This document shows, piece after piece, positions 12,172 through 26,897 of a stretch of 64,000 bases of DNA. This DNA comes from Piromyces finnis finn (taxonomy: Eukaryota; Fungi; Neocallimastigomycota): contig MCFH01000029.1 in NCBI GenBank assembly GCA_002104945.1, positions 434,001-498,000 of the forward strand. Reading direction: 5' to 3'. The translations under genes and the position numbers were made by a program. The number at the start of each line of letters is the position of its first letter. Within the stretch, counting starts at the first letter, position 1. The notes below the pieces were generated by a model. The model had not been told where the DNA came from. It saw only the letters and a program-made list of their open reading frames with translations, and did no database searches.

Positions 12172-15100
12172 CTATAAAAGATATGGCCTCTCAATGACAG
12201 TTTTTTTATGCCACCAAAAGAATCGATAGCCCTCGTATCCATTTAAATAAATTTGTTTTGTAATTTCTGGGAATACAATAAAATAAACACCTAAAGGATG
12301 CGTAATAATAATACGCCACCACCTTCCACAAAGAATAATTGAACTTTTTATTCTATATAACCAAATACTAAAAATATTATTAATTAAAGATTTATTTTCA
12401 AAATAGTTTAAGGGAAGAGTAATTTTTTCATTATTTTCAGTATTATGAATTGAAAGGGTAAAGGATTTATTATCATGATTATCAGCTGATGTATTTAATG
12501 AGGAAGAAGATGATGATGAAGATGAAGATGAACTTGAATCAATATTAATTTCAATTTCATTTCCTGCTGTTCTTATTTTTTCAATAATGTTTGTTCTATG
12601 GTTTGATTTTGAATATGTACATTTATCTTTTTCACTACTTGAATTGAAATCCATTTCAATAACATGATCTTTATTACCACAAATAGTAGGTATCATAGAA
12701 TTATATTTTTCATGTTGATTAACTTTAACTACATCAGGAACAACAATCTTTGTTGATTCTATATTATTTGTAGAATTTTTAGAATCATCATTTAAAGAAA
12801 TTATTGATTTTGTTTCACATTGACCCATTGTATTTATTTCATACAAAGATTTACTTGGATTTTGCTCATTTTCATCTGATAATTCAAATGTTTTCATAAT
12901 TATGTATGGTTCATTAGATTGTTGATTATCATTAATTTCATATTTTTTCTGATTTTTCGATGTACAGGTAAAAGGCAGATGTTTTTCAGTCTTATCTATT
13001 TTTTTATATTCGTTCTTCATACCATTACAATAACCTTTAATAATACTATTAATAATATTAAATGATTTTACGGAATCAATGATAGGCCATAAAATACATT
13101 GGCATATTAAACACAATACTATACTTGATAATATTACTAGTAAATTAATAGCATTTCCTACGGTAAATAAAAAAATCGCACAAATAGTATAGCAAGTAAT
13201 AAGGAGAATCTCCATAACAACATAATATATAATATTATAGATTTTTCGAAGCCAAGTTGTTCCTTCACCACTCTCTCGATTAATTACAAAAAGCATGCTT
13301 TTAATAGATATAATAAAGAAATAAATAAACCATAAATAACATTTAATAATTGAAAATGGTAATAGAACAAATACAATCATGTTCATATAGATAAAGAGAG
13401 TAAAAAACGACACCATAGCCATATTAAAATTGCATATCTGAAATGATATTTGTTTTAAAAAGAAACTGCGATTACACCAATATAATAACTTTTTCTTCAA
13501 AAATTTTGTAAACTTACTATGGAAAAGATTATTTATACCATTATTTGAATTTTGTTGCTTTTGAGATAATTGTTTATCATTACTAGAATTTATTTTCTCA
13601 TTATTACAATTTTTATCTTTGGTTTCATCAATATATAAAGTATCTCTTGATAATTCATCTTTATTTGATCTCATATCAATCTTTGTTTTATTACTCCTTT
13701 CCATTTCAATTTTATCATTATCAAATACATCATTATCAGTATAAGTATCTTCATATCCCTATTTATGTTATAAAAATAAATTATTTATATTAACTATCAT
13801 GTTTCCTTTGAAGTATAATTAATTTTAATTAAAATTTTATCTTACATCATAATCATCTAATCCATAATATTTTTTATAAAGGAAGCAAAATCTTCTCAAC
13901 TGAATTGCACTATTCATCTATGAATTTTAATATTAAAAATTAATATTAAAAAATTTTTAAAGGTTATTTATTCAATATATTTATTCTTACAATAGCATAA
14001 TTATTTATTTCTTCAACAGTTTCTAAGTTTATATATAATTTTAATTTTGATTCACAATAATTAAAAATACTTTGGAATAGGAATCTAGATGAAGCTATTA
14101 ATAATGCAATCCAATCATACATATTATATTCATCTTGCTCTGGGAAATAACCATTATAACAATAAAATAATATTTGATAAAAGGAAATATAATCAACATT
14201 ACGAAGTACTATTTCCTTTGTTTGTTGTTCTTTGTATATATATGGATTTTCCATACTAAATATTTTTATAAAATAATCACTATGTGGATACAATATTTCC
14301 TCATGGATAAAGAATTTTATATTTTTTGTCTTTTCATCAACAATAAATTTTATATTGTTGTTTTCTAACATTTTTAGTTTGGCAAAATGAAAAAAATAAA
14401 TTCTTCAATTTTATTATACAAAAAAAAAAAAAATATTAAATATATTTGTACAATTTATATTTTTTCATACCTTTTGTAATGTTACATTTTCCTCTAATAT
14501 CTGTTAATAAATCATATTTATTTAATTTATCCATTTCTGGAATAATGATTGTATAGTTTTTTGTTTTTTCATCATTTAAATATAGATTATCGACACTAGT
14601 AAGTATATTTATATTTTCAATTTTTTCATTAAATGACTCTTCTGTTAATGGATCCTGGCATTTTTCTGTATATGTTTCTGTAATAATTTCTTCCGAACTA
14701 TTAACCATAATTTCAGTTTTATTTTCGTTTTCTTTTTTAATATCTGATTTACTATCATTCTTATATTTTTGATTAATATTATTATTTTCAAAAATATGAA
14801 GATCTACCGATTTCAATAATTTATGATCTACAATAAATTCAGGAATGAGAGTACAATTGAAATTAAATAATCTATATTTTGGATCATAGAGAGTATCATT
14901 GGAATTAACATAACCATGTCCAAACATATTTATAATCTTTACCTCATTGTCTTTAAAATTTTCTGTAATAAAATTGCCTTTTTAATTTTAAAGAATTGAT
15001 TAATAAATAAGCAATAATATAATAATAAACTTTCTATTAATTTAGATTATTTTACCTTTTATAACAGCCTTTAATATAAAGCCTGATTGTTTATATGCAG

Positions 15101-16872
15101 ATTCTGTTAAATTAACCCAATTAAATTTATATCTTTCTTTAACTTCTTCTTCATCCCTATTCATATCTAAATTTTGATTATCATTATCATTTTCATTTCT
15201 ATTATTGTTGTTGTTATTATTTTCTTGATTATTCTCGTCACTTAAAATATCAATTTGATCATATACTTCATCATAATAATTCTCATTTTCAGGAATTTTT
15301 TGCCATAAAAATGAATTATCTATCTCTTCATCATACTCTACTACAGGTATTCCATTAAAATGAATGCCTTTATCTAATTTATGAAATTTTATTATTTTAT
15401 TTTTCCTTTTTGGTTTTTTATAGTTATATCTATATCTTCTGTCCGTTAATATATCATCATCTTTAATAATACACAATTTATAATCATTTATTTTATCTTT
15501 TTTTAAATCTTGCTTTATTTTTTCATTTTTTCTTCCTGATATTTTTGTGTCATTTCTACTATCATCATTATTTGGATATATATTCTTTATTTCTTCTGCA
15601 TTTTCTGATTTATTTATTTTTTTGGAATAATTATAATTGATAACATTTTTTGTTAAACCGATATGGACATACCATGTAATAGAATCTATCGAAGCTAGAA
15701 ATTTATCAAAAATTTGAGAATCGGGATCATTCTGCATTACTTCTAATTGCATTGTTTCAATTAACATGTTTGATGGTCGAAAATCGAAAGACCATTCTAA
15801 TTCTAAAGTAAATGGTATTTTCGATGGATCTTTTAAAATGTATCCACTAAAGAAATTCATTAAATAAAAAAAAATTATATTTATAGAAATATATATTAGC
15901 TTTTATTTTTAATTAAAAATAATACTATTATATTAATAATAATTTTAAAACTTTTATTATGTACTATTTTAAATTTTTATGAATATTTAAACGAAGGTTT
16001 GATATTCCCTCTCTCCAGTTGGATTTAACTGTTACAGGAGGTGAGTTTTCGTAATATGAATCAAATGAGGTATTATAAAAGAATGAATAAGTATATCTAT
16101 CACGATTTCTAGTAGATTTTAAAGATAATGGAAGTGTAGGTCTTGCTCTATATTTAAAAAATTGTTTTTGCTTATCAATATCATTTTGAAACGAAATTGG
16201 TGTTGATGAAAATATATTTCCTATTTTATTTTCGTTATCTGTATTATTATTGTTGTTGTTGTTGTTGTTGTTATTGTTATTTCTAACAAGATTTAATATA
16301 TATTCATTACTATTATTCATTATATTTTGAGTTTCGTTCTTATATTCAATATTAGATGAATTTTCATTAGAATATTTAGTACCGTAATTTCCACTGTAAC
16401 AAGATACTCTAGGAGATACTATATCATTTAATACCAACAAATTATAGGCTTGTTGATACATTGTACCCTTAATATGATGCGTTTCTGACGATTTCTCATA
16501 TTCATTATTTAAATTATATTCGTTTAAAACTTCACCATTATTATTATTATTAAATTCGGATGTTTCATCTAAAGGATCAAAATTGATAGTACTATTATTA
16601 ATGATACTTGCATTGGTATCAATCTCATCTTGATTCATTAATAATAAGTTATTATCATTATTGATTTCTAATAGATCTTCATTTTCAAAGTTCCCTTCTT
16701 CCGAATTTGAGTTAAAATGTGAATGTGAGAAATTTATTGACGATTCAGAATTGAAATATGCAGCAATATTAGAATTATTAACCATTGAATTAATATTAAT
16801 ATTTTCGTTTTCATTTTCATTCTCTTGCTCACTAACATTTTCATTATTACTTTCTGTATTATTAAATCTCAT
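12172..16872 (-). CDS. ~1400-aa multi-exon protein: Asn-rich N-terminus, BTB/POZ + BACK-like domain, C-terminal multi-pass membrane region (joins five listed ORFs)
   Basis: Frame-consistent GT-AG junctions: 15056/14977 (phase 1), 14471/14364 (phase 1), 13991/13917 (phase 0), 13846/13758 (phase 0). BTB: IKFIVDE..KFFIHEEILYPHSDYFIKIFS..EIVLRNVDYISFYQILFYCYNG..LLIASSRFLFQSIFNYCESKL; BACK-like NSAIQLRRFC. The first junction (near 15990/15830) is uncertain. Confidence 0.72.
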
Positions 16873-17081
16873 TATAAATATTTATTTAAAATCTTATTTT
16901 TACGATTTTTATTAAAAGTTTCTTAATAAATTTTAATTTACAAGAAAAAATTTAAAAAAAAAAAAAAGAAAAGAAAAAGAAAAAGAAAAATAAATCTTAA
17001 TATTAGTCAAAAATCTTGAAATGAGCTTTTACTTTTACACTTTTATATATAAGCAGATTAATAGATAGACAAACTATTTCT

Positions 17082-17112
<31 letters not shown>

Positions 17113-17522
17113 TTTTATTTTATTTTATTTTATTTTTCTTATCGGTAGATTTATAATTTTAAAGAAATAAAATTACTAATTTTTAAAAACTCAAAAATGT
17201 TAATAATATAATTATTAAGATTATCATTGTACTTTTTATATATAAAGAATACCAGTTGCAATAACTTCTCTTATTTATGTATAAATGACAAATTAATTAT
17301 ATAAAGTAATTAATTAAATATTACATATATATAATCAATAATATGATACTATTCATTATTATTTGTACTACAGTTAAAAATAAAAATAAAAATAATTAAA
17401 ATAAAAAACATTATAGAGTAGCCAGTTTATGTTTTATAATTTTTTTTATTTAATATTTATTATCTTTTAAAAATGATTCTCTTTTTTTTTTTTTTTTTTT
17501 TTAATAATTAAACTATCTTGTT

Positions 17523-17639
<117 letters not shown>

Positions 17640-17847
17640 GAATAACGAATTGTGATTATTTAAGTTGAATCTATTTGTTAATAATTATAGTTTATTATAT
17701 TTATTATAATAGACATTTAATATAATAAATTAATGCAATTGAAATTAAATATTTACATTGATTTTTAAATTATTTTAATATACTTGTTTTTTTTATTTTT
17801 GTTTTTGTTTTTTAATTTTGCGAATCTTAATTATCTGAATCAAAACT

Positions 17848-19713
17848 TTAATCTAATTCATTATCAGCTAAATCACCTTCATCTTCATCATCTTCAACAA
17901 TTTGAATTAAACCACTTTCACTACATTTTCTAATCAATTCTTGACCTTCTTCCTTTGTCATTTTAGCTAAGATGGCGTTAATATCATCTGGATCCATAGT
18001 AAGAAGAGCCTTTTGAATATCTGGAGTTAATGTAGCAAAAGTCTCAGCCTTCTTCTTTTCTTCTTCTGATGGGTTTTCATCCATTGGCCATATATATGTA
18101 CCATCTGGTTGTTCAGCAATCTTTAATCTAGCTTCAATTTGTCTCTTTTCTTCAGCTTCTTCAGCTTCACGCTTTTCTTTTAAGATTTTAACTCTGTTAA
18201 CAATATGATTATAAGTATTATTGACATCTTCCATAAACATTTGTTGAGCCTTTTCAAATCCAGTAATCATTCTCTTAAAGAAAAGTGAAATACCATCATT
18301 TCCTAAAGATTTACAATATTGAATAATTAAACTTTGTTGAACACATGAACGAGCATAGGCTGGTTTAGCATCCATTTGTGCATGGAAAGCTTCTGATAAA
18401 ATTTCATCTTGATATTTTTGATCAACAATTTCTGGATGTTCACCAATGAACTTGTAACTCTTTTCGAAATCATTAATATGAGAAAATTCTTTAGCTGGAC
18501 CATAAGTGATATATGATTCATCATCGTCTTCTTGTTCAATAATAACCTAATTTTTTTTTTTTTTAATAATTAAATTTTTAATATATTATATAAGAAAATA
18601 AAAATATATAAAATAAAAATTTAACTGCCATACTTTTTTTTCTTTATATATTTATTTAATTATTAATACTATAAATGCAACTTATATTATTTTAAATTAA
18701 AAATTTACCTTATCACTTTTTTTTGGTCTTGAGGTAGCTGATGGTGTATGAATTGTTTCAATAACTTTTTCTTTTTTTTGAGATTTTTCAGTCTTTTTTT
18801 CTTCTGGTTTTGGATTTTGTTTAGGCTTATTAATAATCTTTATTAATATAAAGCAATATTAAATTATATAATTATATAGAAAATTATTAAAAATTGTTAT
18901 TAAAATATTGATATTTAAAATGAAAATTATTTTATATAATAATATATAAATTTTCTATTCATTATGATAATTACAGTCTTATCAAAACCTCCAGAATACA
19001 TATTTTCTGAAGTAATTTTTTTATTTTGTTCTTCTCTTTCCTTTTCAATTTCCTTCTTGATAATAGTTTGTCTCTTTGAGATACGTTCAACAAGCTCATC
19101 TAATTCTTTTCTTAACCAAGTATTGAAATTGAATTCTGGATTTTCTTCTTTATGTTTCTTTAACTTTTCAGTTAAAGACTTAATGGATTCACCATATCTA
19201 ATTTTTGAATTTAAAACTTCATCTGGTTCTGGTGGACCCCATCTTGGATCTCTATCTGAATTCCACATAATAGCGACCTTTTTAATCATTTCTCTATCCA
19301 TATCATCAATTTGACTACATATACCCATAAAACTTTTTATTAATTCTACTACATTTTCTTGATCTGTTGAAAATTCTTTTAAAATCTTTGCAACTGAATC
19401 ATTTAAAGTAGTTTCTAATTCTAAAGTAGAAATTTTGTCTCTTCTTTCTCTACGTTGACGATGAAGAGCGGCTTGATGCCAACGAATCATTGAAGCTTTA
19501 TCAATGTTTGGACTATTTTATTTTATAATGATTTTTTTATTAGAATTTTATTTTTATTATTATATGTATATATTATTACATTTTTTATTTCTAAAAATTT
19601 TATATACAAAAACACATTATATCATATTCCTTTTCTCTTGATACATACTGACATTCAATATCTTCATCATCAGATATTTCAAGTTTATCCCATTTACTAT
19701 AATCAACAGGCAT
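17848..19713 (-). CDS. CDC37: Hsp90 kinase-targeting co-chaperone Cdc37 (4 exons)
   Basis: Exon 1 19713-19649 MPVDYSKWDKLEISDDEDIEC spliced to HPNIDKASMIRWHQAALHRQRRERR (19512-18975) is the Cdc37 N-terminal signature. Later exons give FSHINDFEKSYKFIGEHPEIV and CVQQSLIIQYCKSLGNDGISLFFKRM. Confidence 0.96.
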
Positions 19714-20043
19714 TTTTATTTATTTTTTTGTTTATATATTTATATATATGTTTTTTTTTTTTTTTTTAATATTATAATTATTTTTAAAAATAATATTTAA
19801 TTTAATTAAAAATATAATTTTGTTTATTTTTTGTTAGTAAAACAATACATTTATTCATTATTTGTATTTAAGCCAATCATATTATAAAAAATAGTTTGAA
19901 TATAAACTATAACTTTCATTTATAAATAATAAATATTTATAAAATAAATTTAATAGTGAAGAATTATTCAAAAAATAATATATCCTTATTATTTAATAAA
20001 AATGTATTAATAAAAAAAATTTATAGTAATTCGAATAAATAAT

Positions 20044-20094
<51 letters not shown>

Positions 20095-20095
20095 C
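20044..20095. repeat. (ATTT)n microsatellite
   Basis: Perfect tetranucleotide run downstream of the RhoGEF stop. Confidence 0.9.
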
Positions 20096-20341
20096 TTTAT
20101 TTTATTTTATAAAAGTCTTATTAATTTAAATCTTTATAAAATACAAAATTAAAAAGAAATTTAATGAAAAGACAATTATTAAATTACTTTTCTTTTCATT
20201 AACTATTATTGTTGTTATTGTGTTATTACTATTATTAATAATTTTTTATTAATAAAATAAGTATTATTCCTAAAAAATAATAATAATAACTTTTTATCAA
20301 AAAGAAAATCTATTAATTTTTAATAATTTTTTTTTTATTGT

Positions 20342-21810
20342 TTAACAATCTTTGTTAAAATTTATTTTCTCATTATTAGTTTCATTTGTTTCTTTCTTTA
20401 GCAAGATTCTCCTTTGTTCATTGTATTTTTGTACAAATTCATCGCAAGCTTCTTTAGTTTCAAAGAAAATAAGTAACTTTGTTATAGAGGTTTCAGAATG
20501 GTTACTTAATGAAAATCCTAAAATAGAATGACTATGATTAGTGCGTGGTTTTAAGTTACCATCAGTAGTTCCAGAACCCGATTCTCCTACTTTATTAAAT
20601 TTAATGGTTCTAGTGCTAGTAAATTCTACACTTTTGCTAACTGTATAGTTTAAAATATCTATACGATTTTCATAGGCATACTTATATTTTTTATTTTTCT
20701 TCTTATTCAATATAGCTGCTATAAGAACTGTATCACTAAATAAATAAATCTTTTTACGCTTATTCTTTAAGATTTCTGATATATTCCATTCACCTATAAA
20801 GCTTCTTTGAGTATAAGAAATAAGTTCTGGTGGATAGTTCATTATAGTTTTTTCAAGAGAGAACATTTTATTAATATTTTCTTGAATTCTCTTTGCATTA
20901 TTCATAATTTCACCAATTTCAAAAACATAATTTTCAACAGTATCTAAAAGATTATATGATTCTATGTTTTTTGGATTAGAGTCCTTTTTAATGCCTTCAA
21001 AAAGAAGACGGTATTTAAGGAATCTTTGAATAGGAAGAATAATCAATTCCTTGAGATGACTTCTATGGTGTTCTTCTGATTTTTGACATTGTTCCATGAA
21101 ACGGTTGAAACGATCAGTTTGTGGGGATTTTTTCAAATTTTCCAAGGTTCTGTTAGCAAAATGAAAATCTTCTACATATTTAATATAAATTTTCCATTCA
21201 CTAAATTTATTTAAAAATACAGTTGCAATAGGTATTGGACCTTCTTCATCATAATGAGTAAATGCTTCAGCTAATTCTTGATACAATTTATAACTGAATT
21301 CATATATATCAGGAATGTTTTTAAAAATCAACGAAATTTGTACTCTATTTAACATTTCATTTTCAGTATCGACAACAGATTCTAATGGTTTCATAAACTT
21401 TTCAATCATAATTCTCATTTTATCACTATAACTCTTTTCAGTTTCAACTAATTCTTGACAACGGTAACGATTAGCTTCCCATTTTTTCTTCAAAGTTTCT
21501 ACGTCCATTTGTTGTTGAAAACTAAATGAATCTTTGCTACTATAATCCATATCATTCTTATCCTCTCGAAATTCTTGGAATTTTTTAATAGCATCACGCA
21601 TAAGATATAAATTATTTTCTATATCACTCTTTGTTTTTTTAAAGGTGTCTTCTTGAAGATTTGGAATGGTTTTATAATATTCTAATAGCTTCTCAACAAT
21701 ACTTTGATCAATTTGACCATTTATACCATCAGTAACATCCTTATATATTGATAATTGGAACATAACATCATCATTATTATTATTGTTGTTGTTGTTGTTA
21801 TTACTACTAC

Positions 21811-21846
<36 letters not shown>

Positions 21847-23431
21847 TACTACTATTATTATTATTATTATTTGTTGAAACAACTGTATTTGTTGGTAGAA
21901 TAGGATCAGCAATAGCATTATTATCATCTAAATCTATACTACCATTACTATTATATATTGATTGGTTTATTTGTAAGTATGTATCATCATGATGTATTTC
22001 TTTATTATAAATTGATTCATATTTGCTTCTTTCTGCATCATCCATAATAATTGGTTCTAATTTACTTAAACAAAAGATACCTTGTTCACCCTTTGTAATG
22101 TTATAACCAGGATAATAATTATTATCTGCTTCTCTCAATAAAAATATCTGATCATCTACAGAAGCGAATTCCATTTCTTCTTTACAGCGGAAGAAAACGT
22201 AATTACCATCTAATGAATCAATATAATAAATTGGGAAAAGACCCTCGGCACCACTTGAGCAATTTTTACCTAAAATATATTTACCAGAAAATTGATTTAC
22301 TGTAACGGTATCATTTACTTGGAGATCAATATGAAAATCTTCTACTGCTTTAAACTCCTTTGTACAAACATATTTTCCAACAATACTGTCAATATCATCA
22401 TCATTGTCATCATCATCTTGTAAATTTGAACTAGATGTCATGGCTGAATGAGATGCATAAGATGTATTTCTATTTATGTCTATATCACGAGATGTCACTT
22501 CAAAATTATTTGATGAAATATCATTATTATAATTAACTATAGGTGAGTATATAGTTGTATCATTTACTAAATTAGAAGGTAATGTACTACTACGAATAAT
22601 AGTTCTATTATTACTACTATTTGAACTATAAGAATATGTTGCATTATGTTGAGGTAAGACAATGTTTGATTTTGGTGATTCAGAATAATTATATTTGTAA
22701 GTATCATTATATGGTATATTCGATGTAGAAATACTCTCAGATATCCTACTATCACTTTTTATTATTTTAATTTTTCAATTTATTGCGTATTTATTTTAAA
22801 AATAAATTAAATTAGATTATAGTAATAAAAAAAATTTTAGAAATTATAGTTCACTTTTATGTGAAATAATCATTTATATTTTAATAAATCATTAAATTCC
22901 TTTTATTTTTACCTTTGTTGATCTAAATCAAGTATATTAATACTTTCTGACTCTAATTCATAATATCTTTCATTGACAATTTTTGAGATTTTTTCATTAT
23001 ACATACGAATAACATCAACAAAATGTCTACCAAGATTATATCTTATCTTGCAATAACTTTCCCACTCTTTTTCTGTATAAGTATCCACTGTGATATTTAA
23101 AAAAAAAAAAAAATAATAAAAGTTTATGTTTAATAATTTGATTATAAGTTAATAAACATATATGCTATTTAAATAATAATTCAAAATTTCCTATAAAAAA
23201 ATTTACATTTCTTTTCCTTCAAGAAAAACATTGATTTTACTAGTAATTGAAGAGTTTCAATACAATCTTCTAAAGAAGCCTAAAATTAATTAAATTTATT
23301 AATAATTGAAATTTACACATTATTTGAATCAAAATATTATATTTTTAAAAATTATTAATATTTACAGTATCAATCTTGCTCTTTATAATCTCCAAATCTT
23401 TTAATACATTTTCCTCATTAATATTTAACAT
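20342..23431 (-). CDS. Dbl-family RhoGEF: short helical N-terminus, two SH3-like domains, poly-Asn linker, DH and PH domains (4 exons)
   Basis: ATG at 23431 (MLNINEENVLKDLEII) with three short exons, then a long terminal exon from ~22750. SH3: YVCTKEFKAVEDFHIDLQVNDTVTV..YILGKNCSSGAEGLFPIYYI; second SH3-like unit ends GYNITKGEQGIFCLSKL. DH: RYRCQELVETEKSYSDKM..IFKNIPDIYEFS..LKELIILPIQRFLKYRLLFEGIKK. PH: KRKKIYLFSDTVLIA. Confidence 0.9.
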
Positions 23432-25996
23432 TTTGATGTAATTTTCTTTAAATTAAATTCAAATTTTTATTTTTAAAATAGTATTCTTAATTTAAATAAA
23501 TATAAAATTAATAAATATTATATTTATTTTTATTTTTTGTTTTTTTTTTAAAGTTTGTATGTTCGTTAGTTTATTTTTTTGTTTTGTTTTGTTTTGTTTT
23601 TTTGTTTTTTTGTTTTTTGTTTTTTTGGTTAGTCTATTAAATAATTAAATTGTTGCAATTACTTATCCAGAATATTGGTTTTAAAAAATATATATACTAA
23701 TTTTATTATAATTCTAAATACTGGTTAATACGCTTTTTTATTTTGAAATTTATACATGGATTAATAATAATAAATATTAACATATATTATAAATAACAAA
23801 ATTCTTAATAAATAATCCAATATTTTTAATATCTTTTAGAATATTTATTTGTATTCGATTGTTACTGATATTATTGAATATCTAGAAAAAGTTTTTAAAC
23901 AACTTTACTACTTTTATTTTAATAATTTTTATTTTTACTTTTTTTTTTTTTAACTTTATATATTCTTTATATATTAATGTATTTTTTTTTTATAATTGTC
24001 TTTAAAATACATATATATATATATTTGTTTTTGTTTCTTGTTTTTGTTTTATTATTATTAATAATTATTATAAAGATTAATAAAAATATTTATTAAATCA
24101 TTTAATAAATTTATTAAATTTAAAAGAAAATTTAAAGAGGAAAAAATAAATAAGAACTAAAATTTATATTATAAGATCAAAAGTTCTTTATTTATTTTTT
24201 ATATCTTTTAGTTATTTTTCTTTTATTTTTTTCCTCTTTGTTTTTTCTTTCTTTTTAATTTTTTTCTGTCAATCTTTAAATTTATTTATATTTAAAAAAA
24301 AAAAAAAATTAATAAATAAAAAAAAAAAAAAAAAAAAAAAAAGAAATTTCAACTATAATATAACAAATTATAAAAAAAATATTTTAATGTATAATAAAAC
24401 ATAATCATATAATCAAATAACAATACTAAATAATTATATAACTAAAAAATTATAATTTAAAGTTATTGATCAATTATACGCCACATATAATTATAATTTA
24501 ATAATTATTTTTCAAAAATATCATAAATATTTAATACCCTAGCCATATTATAACATATAGTTATGTTTCACTAATATCCTAATGGATATTTACTATACTG
24601 ACATACTGACTTAACTTTACACTCTCACGTGATGTGTAATTATTTGAATAATTAATAAAGTTTAAATGTTAATAAACAATTTAAACAAAATTTAACAATT
24701 CTTATGCTATCATTTGAAATATAAAATATAATTAAGAGTTGGAGTATTAACAATTATAAGTATTTCATTCATAATTTTAAGGTAATTTATCAGTATCAGT
24801 AGAAATAGAAAAAAAAAAAAACCTCATTCCTTCACACAATAAATAAAATATAGTATATTTATTTACTTTTATAAAACAAATAATTTATTTGTTACAAATA
24901 TAAAATTTTTTAACTCTTCCACTATAATTTTTTTAGGGGGAAATTTAATGTAACATTTAATTTATTATAAAAAAAATATTTTTATAAAATTTTTATCAAC
25001 TATATACATAGTTATTATTAGTTAGTCATTTATAAAAAGTATTATAAAAAAATTTATAAATATAATAAAAGATTATTTTATAAAACTTTAAAATATGTAA
25101 TGATCTTCATACTTCATTTCATGATTATCACGTTGATTCATGATTATTTTAATTTTAATTTATTCTATGTATTATTAATTAATAAATTTTATTTATAATT
25201 AAAGTTTTTTCATATATCGAAAAAGTAATGACCAGTATTTGTAATTTTGTATATCAAAAAAAATGTATAAATTAAAATTCGATACAACTATATATTATAT
25301 TATATATTAATTTAAAAATAATATATCAAAATATAATACTGTAATAAATTTGTAATAAATTGATTATAAGCATTTCATTATTGTTTTAAATTATGCTATT
25401 TGTCACACTAAAATGAAAGTTAAATATAAAAATAAATTGAAAGATATTTTACCATTAATAATACCTACCAAAATTTAAACCTGCTACTAAAATGTTGGGA
25501 ATATTTTGATAAGTTATTTTTATATTACTACTATACTATCACTTATAATTATTTTAAGATATCACATTTATAGAAATTATCTTTAATTTTTTTTAAAAAT
25601 GATTATTATAATAACTATTAAATTTAAATATATTCAAAAGTAATGAAATATATATTAACACATACTTAAAACATTTACATTACTTAAAAGTATTCTTTAT
25701 TAAATAAATTTCAGTTTTTTTATTATTAATATCTATTAAGAAACAAATACAACTAGTTAAATCAGATGAAAAATATATCTTATATATAATAGTTCATAGT
25801 CTTCAATAATTATTGTATTTATATATATATATATATATATAATATAATATATATGTATTAAATAAGGTATTAATTTATTCAAAATAAAAAGAATTGTTGG
25901 TATCATGCAATTGTGCTATTATATTATATATATTATCTATCATTTATTAAGATATATTTTAATATTATATTTAAAAAAAAAAAGAGTGTGTGAGAC

Positions 25997-26612
25997 TTAA
26001 CCATATAAACGAATATAACATTCCTTACAATATGGTTTATCTTTATATTCTTTAAAACCAGAATTAGTATATAAAACTGTTTTACAAAAGTCACAGAAGA
26101 AATGATTTGGATGCCATCTTTTATTTAATGCAAATACATAACGTTTATCAACAGGTTTATTGCAATGGGCACAAAGTAAATTTTCTTTTTCTTGATAATG
26201 GAATTCACAGTAAAGTTCACAATCAATACAATAAAAAGCTTCATCACATAATGATTTATCACAAACCTAAATATATTAGAATGGATAAAAGTTTATATTT
26301 TAAAATAATTATTATATAAACTCTATGTGGTTTGGTATTCTTTTTTCAAAGTATATAGTTTTATATAAGAATGTTCATTTAAACTTACATGGCATTTAAA
26401 GCATTTAGTATGCCAATGCATATCCATAGCACTCATAAAATCTTCATCAATAACTTCATTACATCCTTGACAAATTTTACTAAATAATCTACTATAATCT
26501 TCTTCACAATATGGTTTTCCATCTATTTCAAAGAAAGGTTGTTCTTCCGAAAATTTACAACCACAATAAGAACAGAAGAAATGGTTTGGATGCTATAATT
26601 GAAAGTAAAATA

Positions 26613-26643
<31 letters not shown>

Positions 26644-26856
26644 GGTTATAATCATATTATATAATGTTTTGAAATACATTTTTTTTTATTAGTTTTAAAA
26701 AAAAGATAATTATTTTTATTATTTAATATATATAAACTTACCCAAACTTTATCTAATGCTTTAATATATAAATCCTATTTAGATATATAAATTTTAAAAA
26801 GAAAAATAATAATATATATTTAATAATATATAAAGAAAAAAATTATCTTATTTTTC

Positions 26857-26897
<41 letters not shown>

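Noticed and set aside
21721-21992. Poly-Ile and poly-Leu ORFs
   Set aside because: Alternative frames of the (AAT)n poly-Asn tract in the RhoGEF.
24625-24632. TCACGTGA E-box palindrome ~1.2 kb upstream of the RhoGEF
   Set aside because: A single 8-mer with no supporting context; may be real but cannot be supported from sequence alone.
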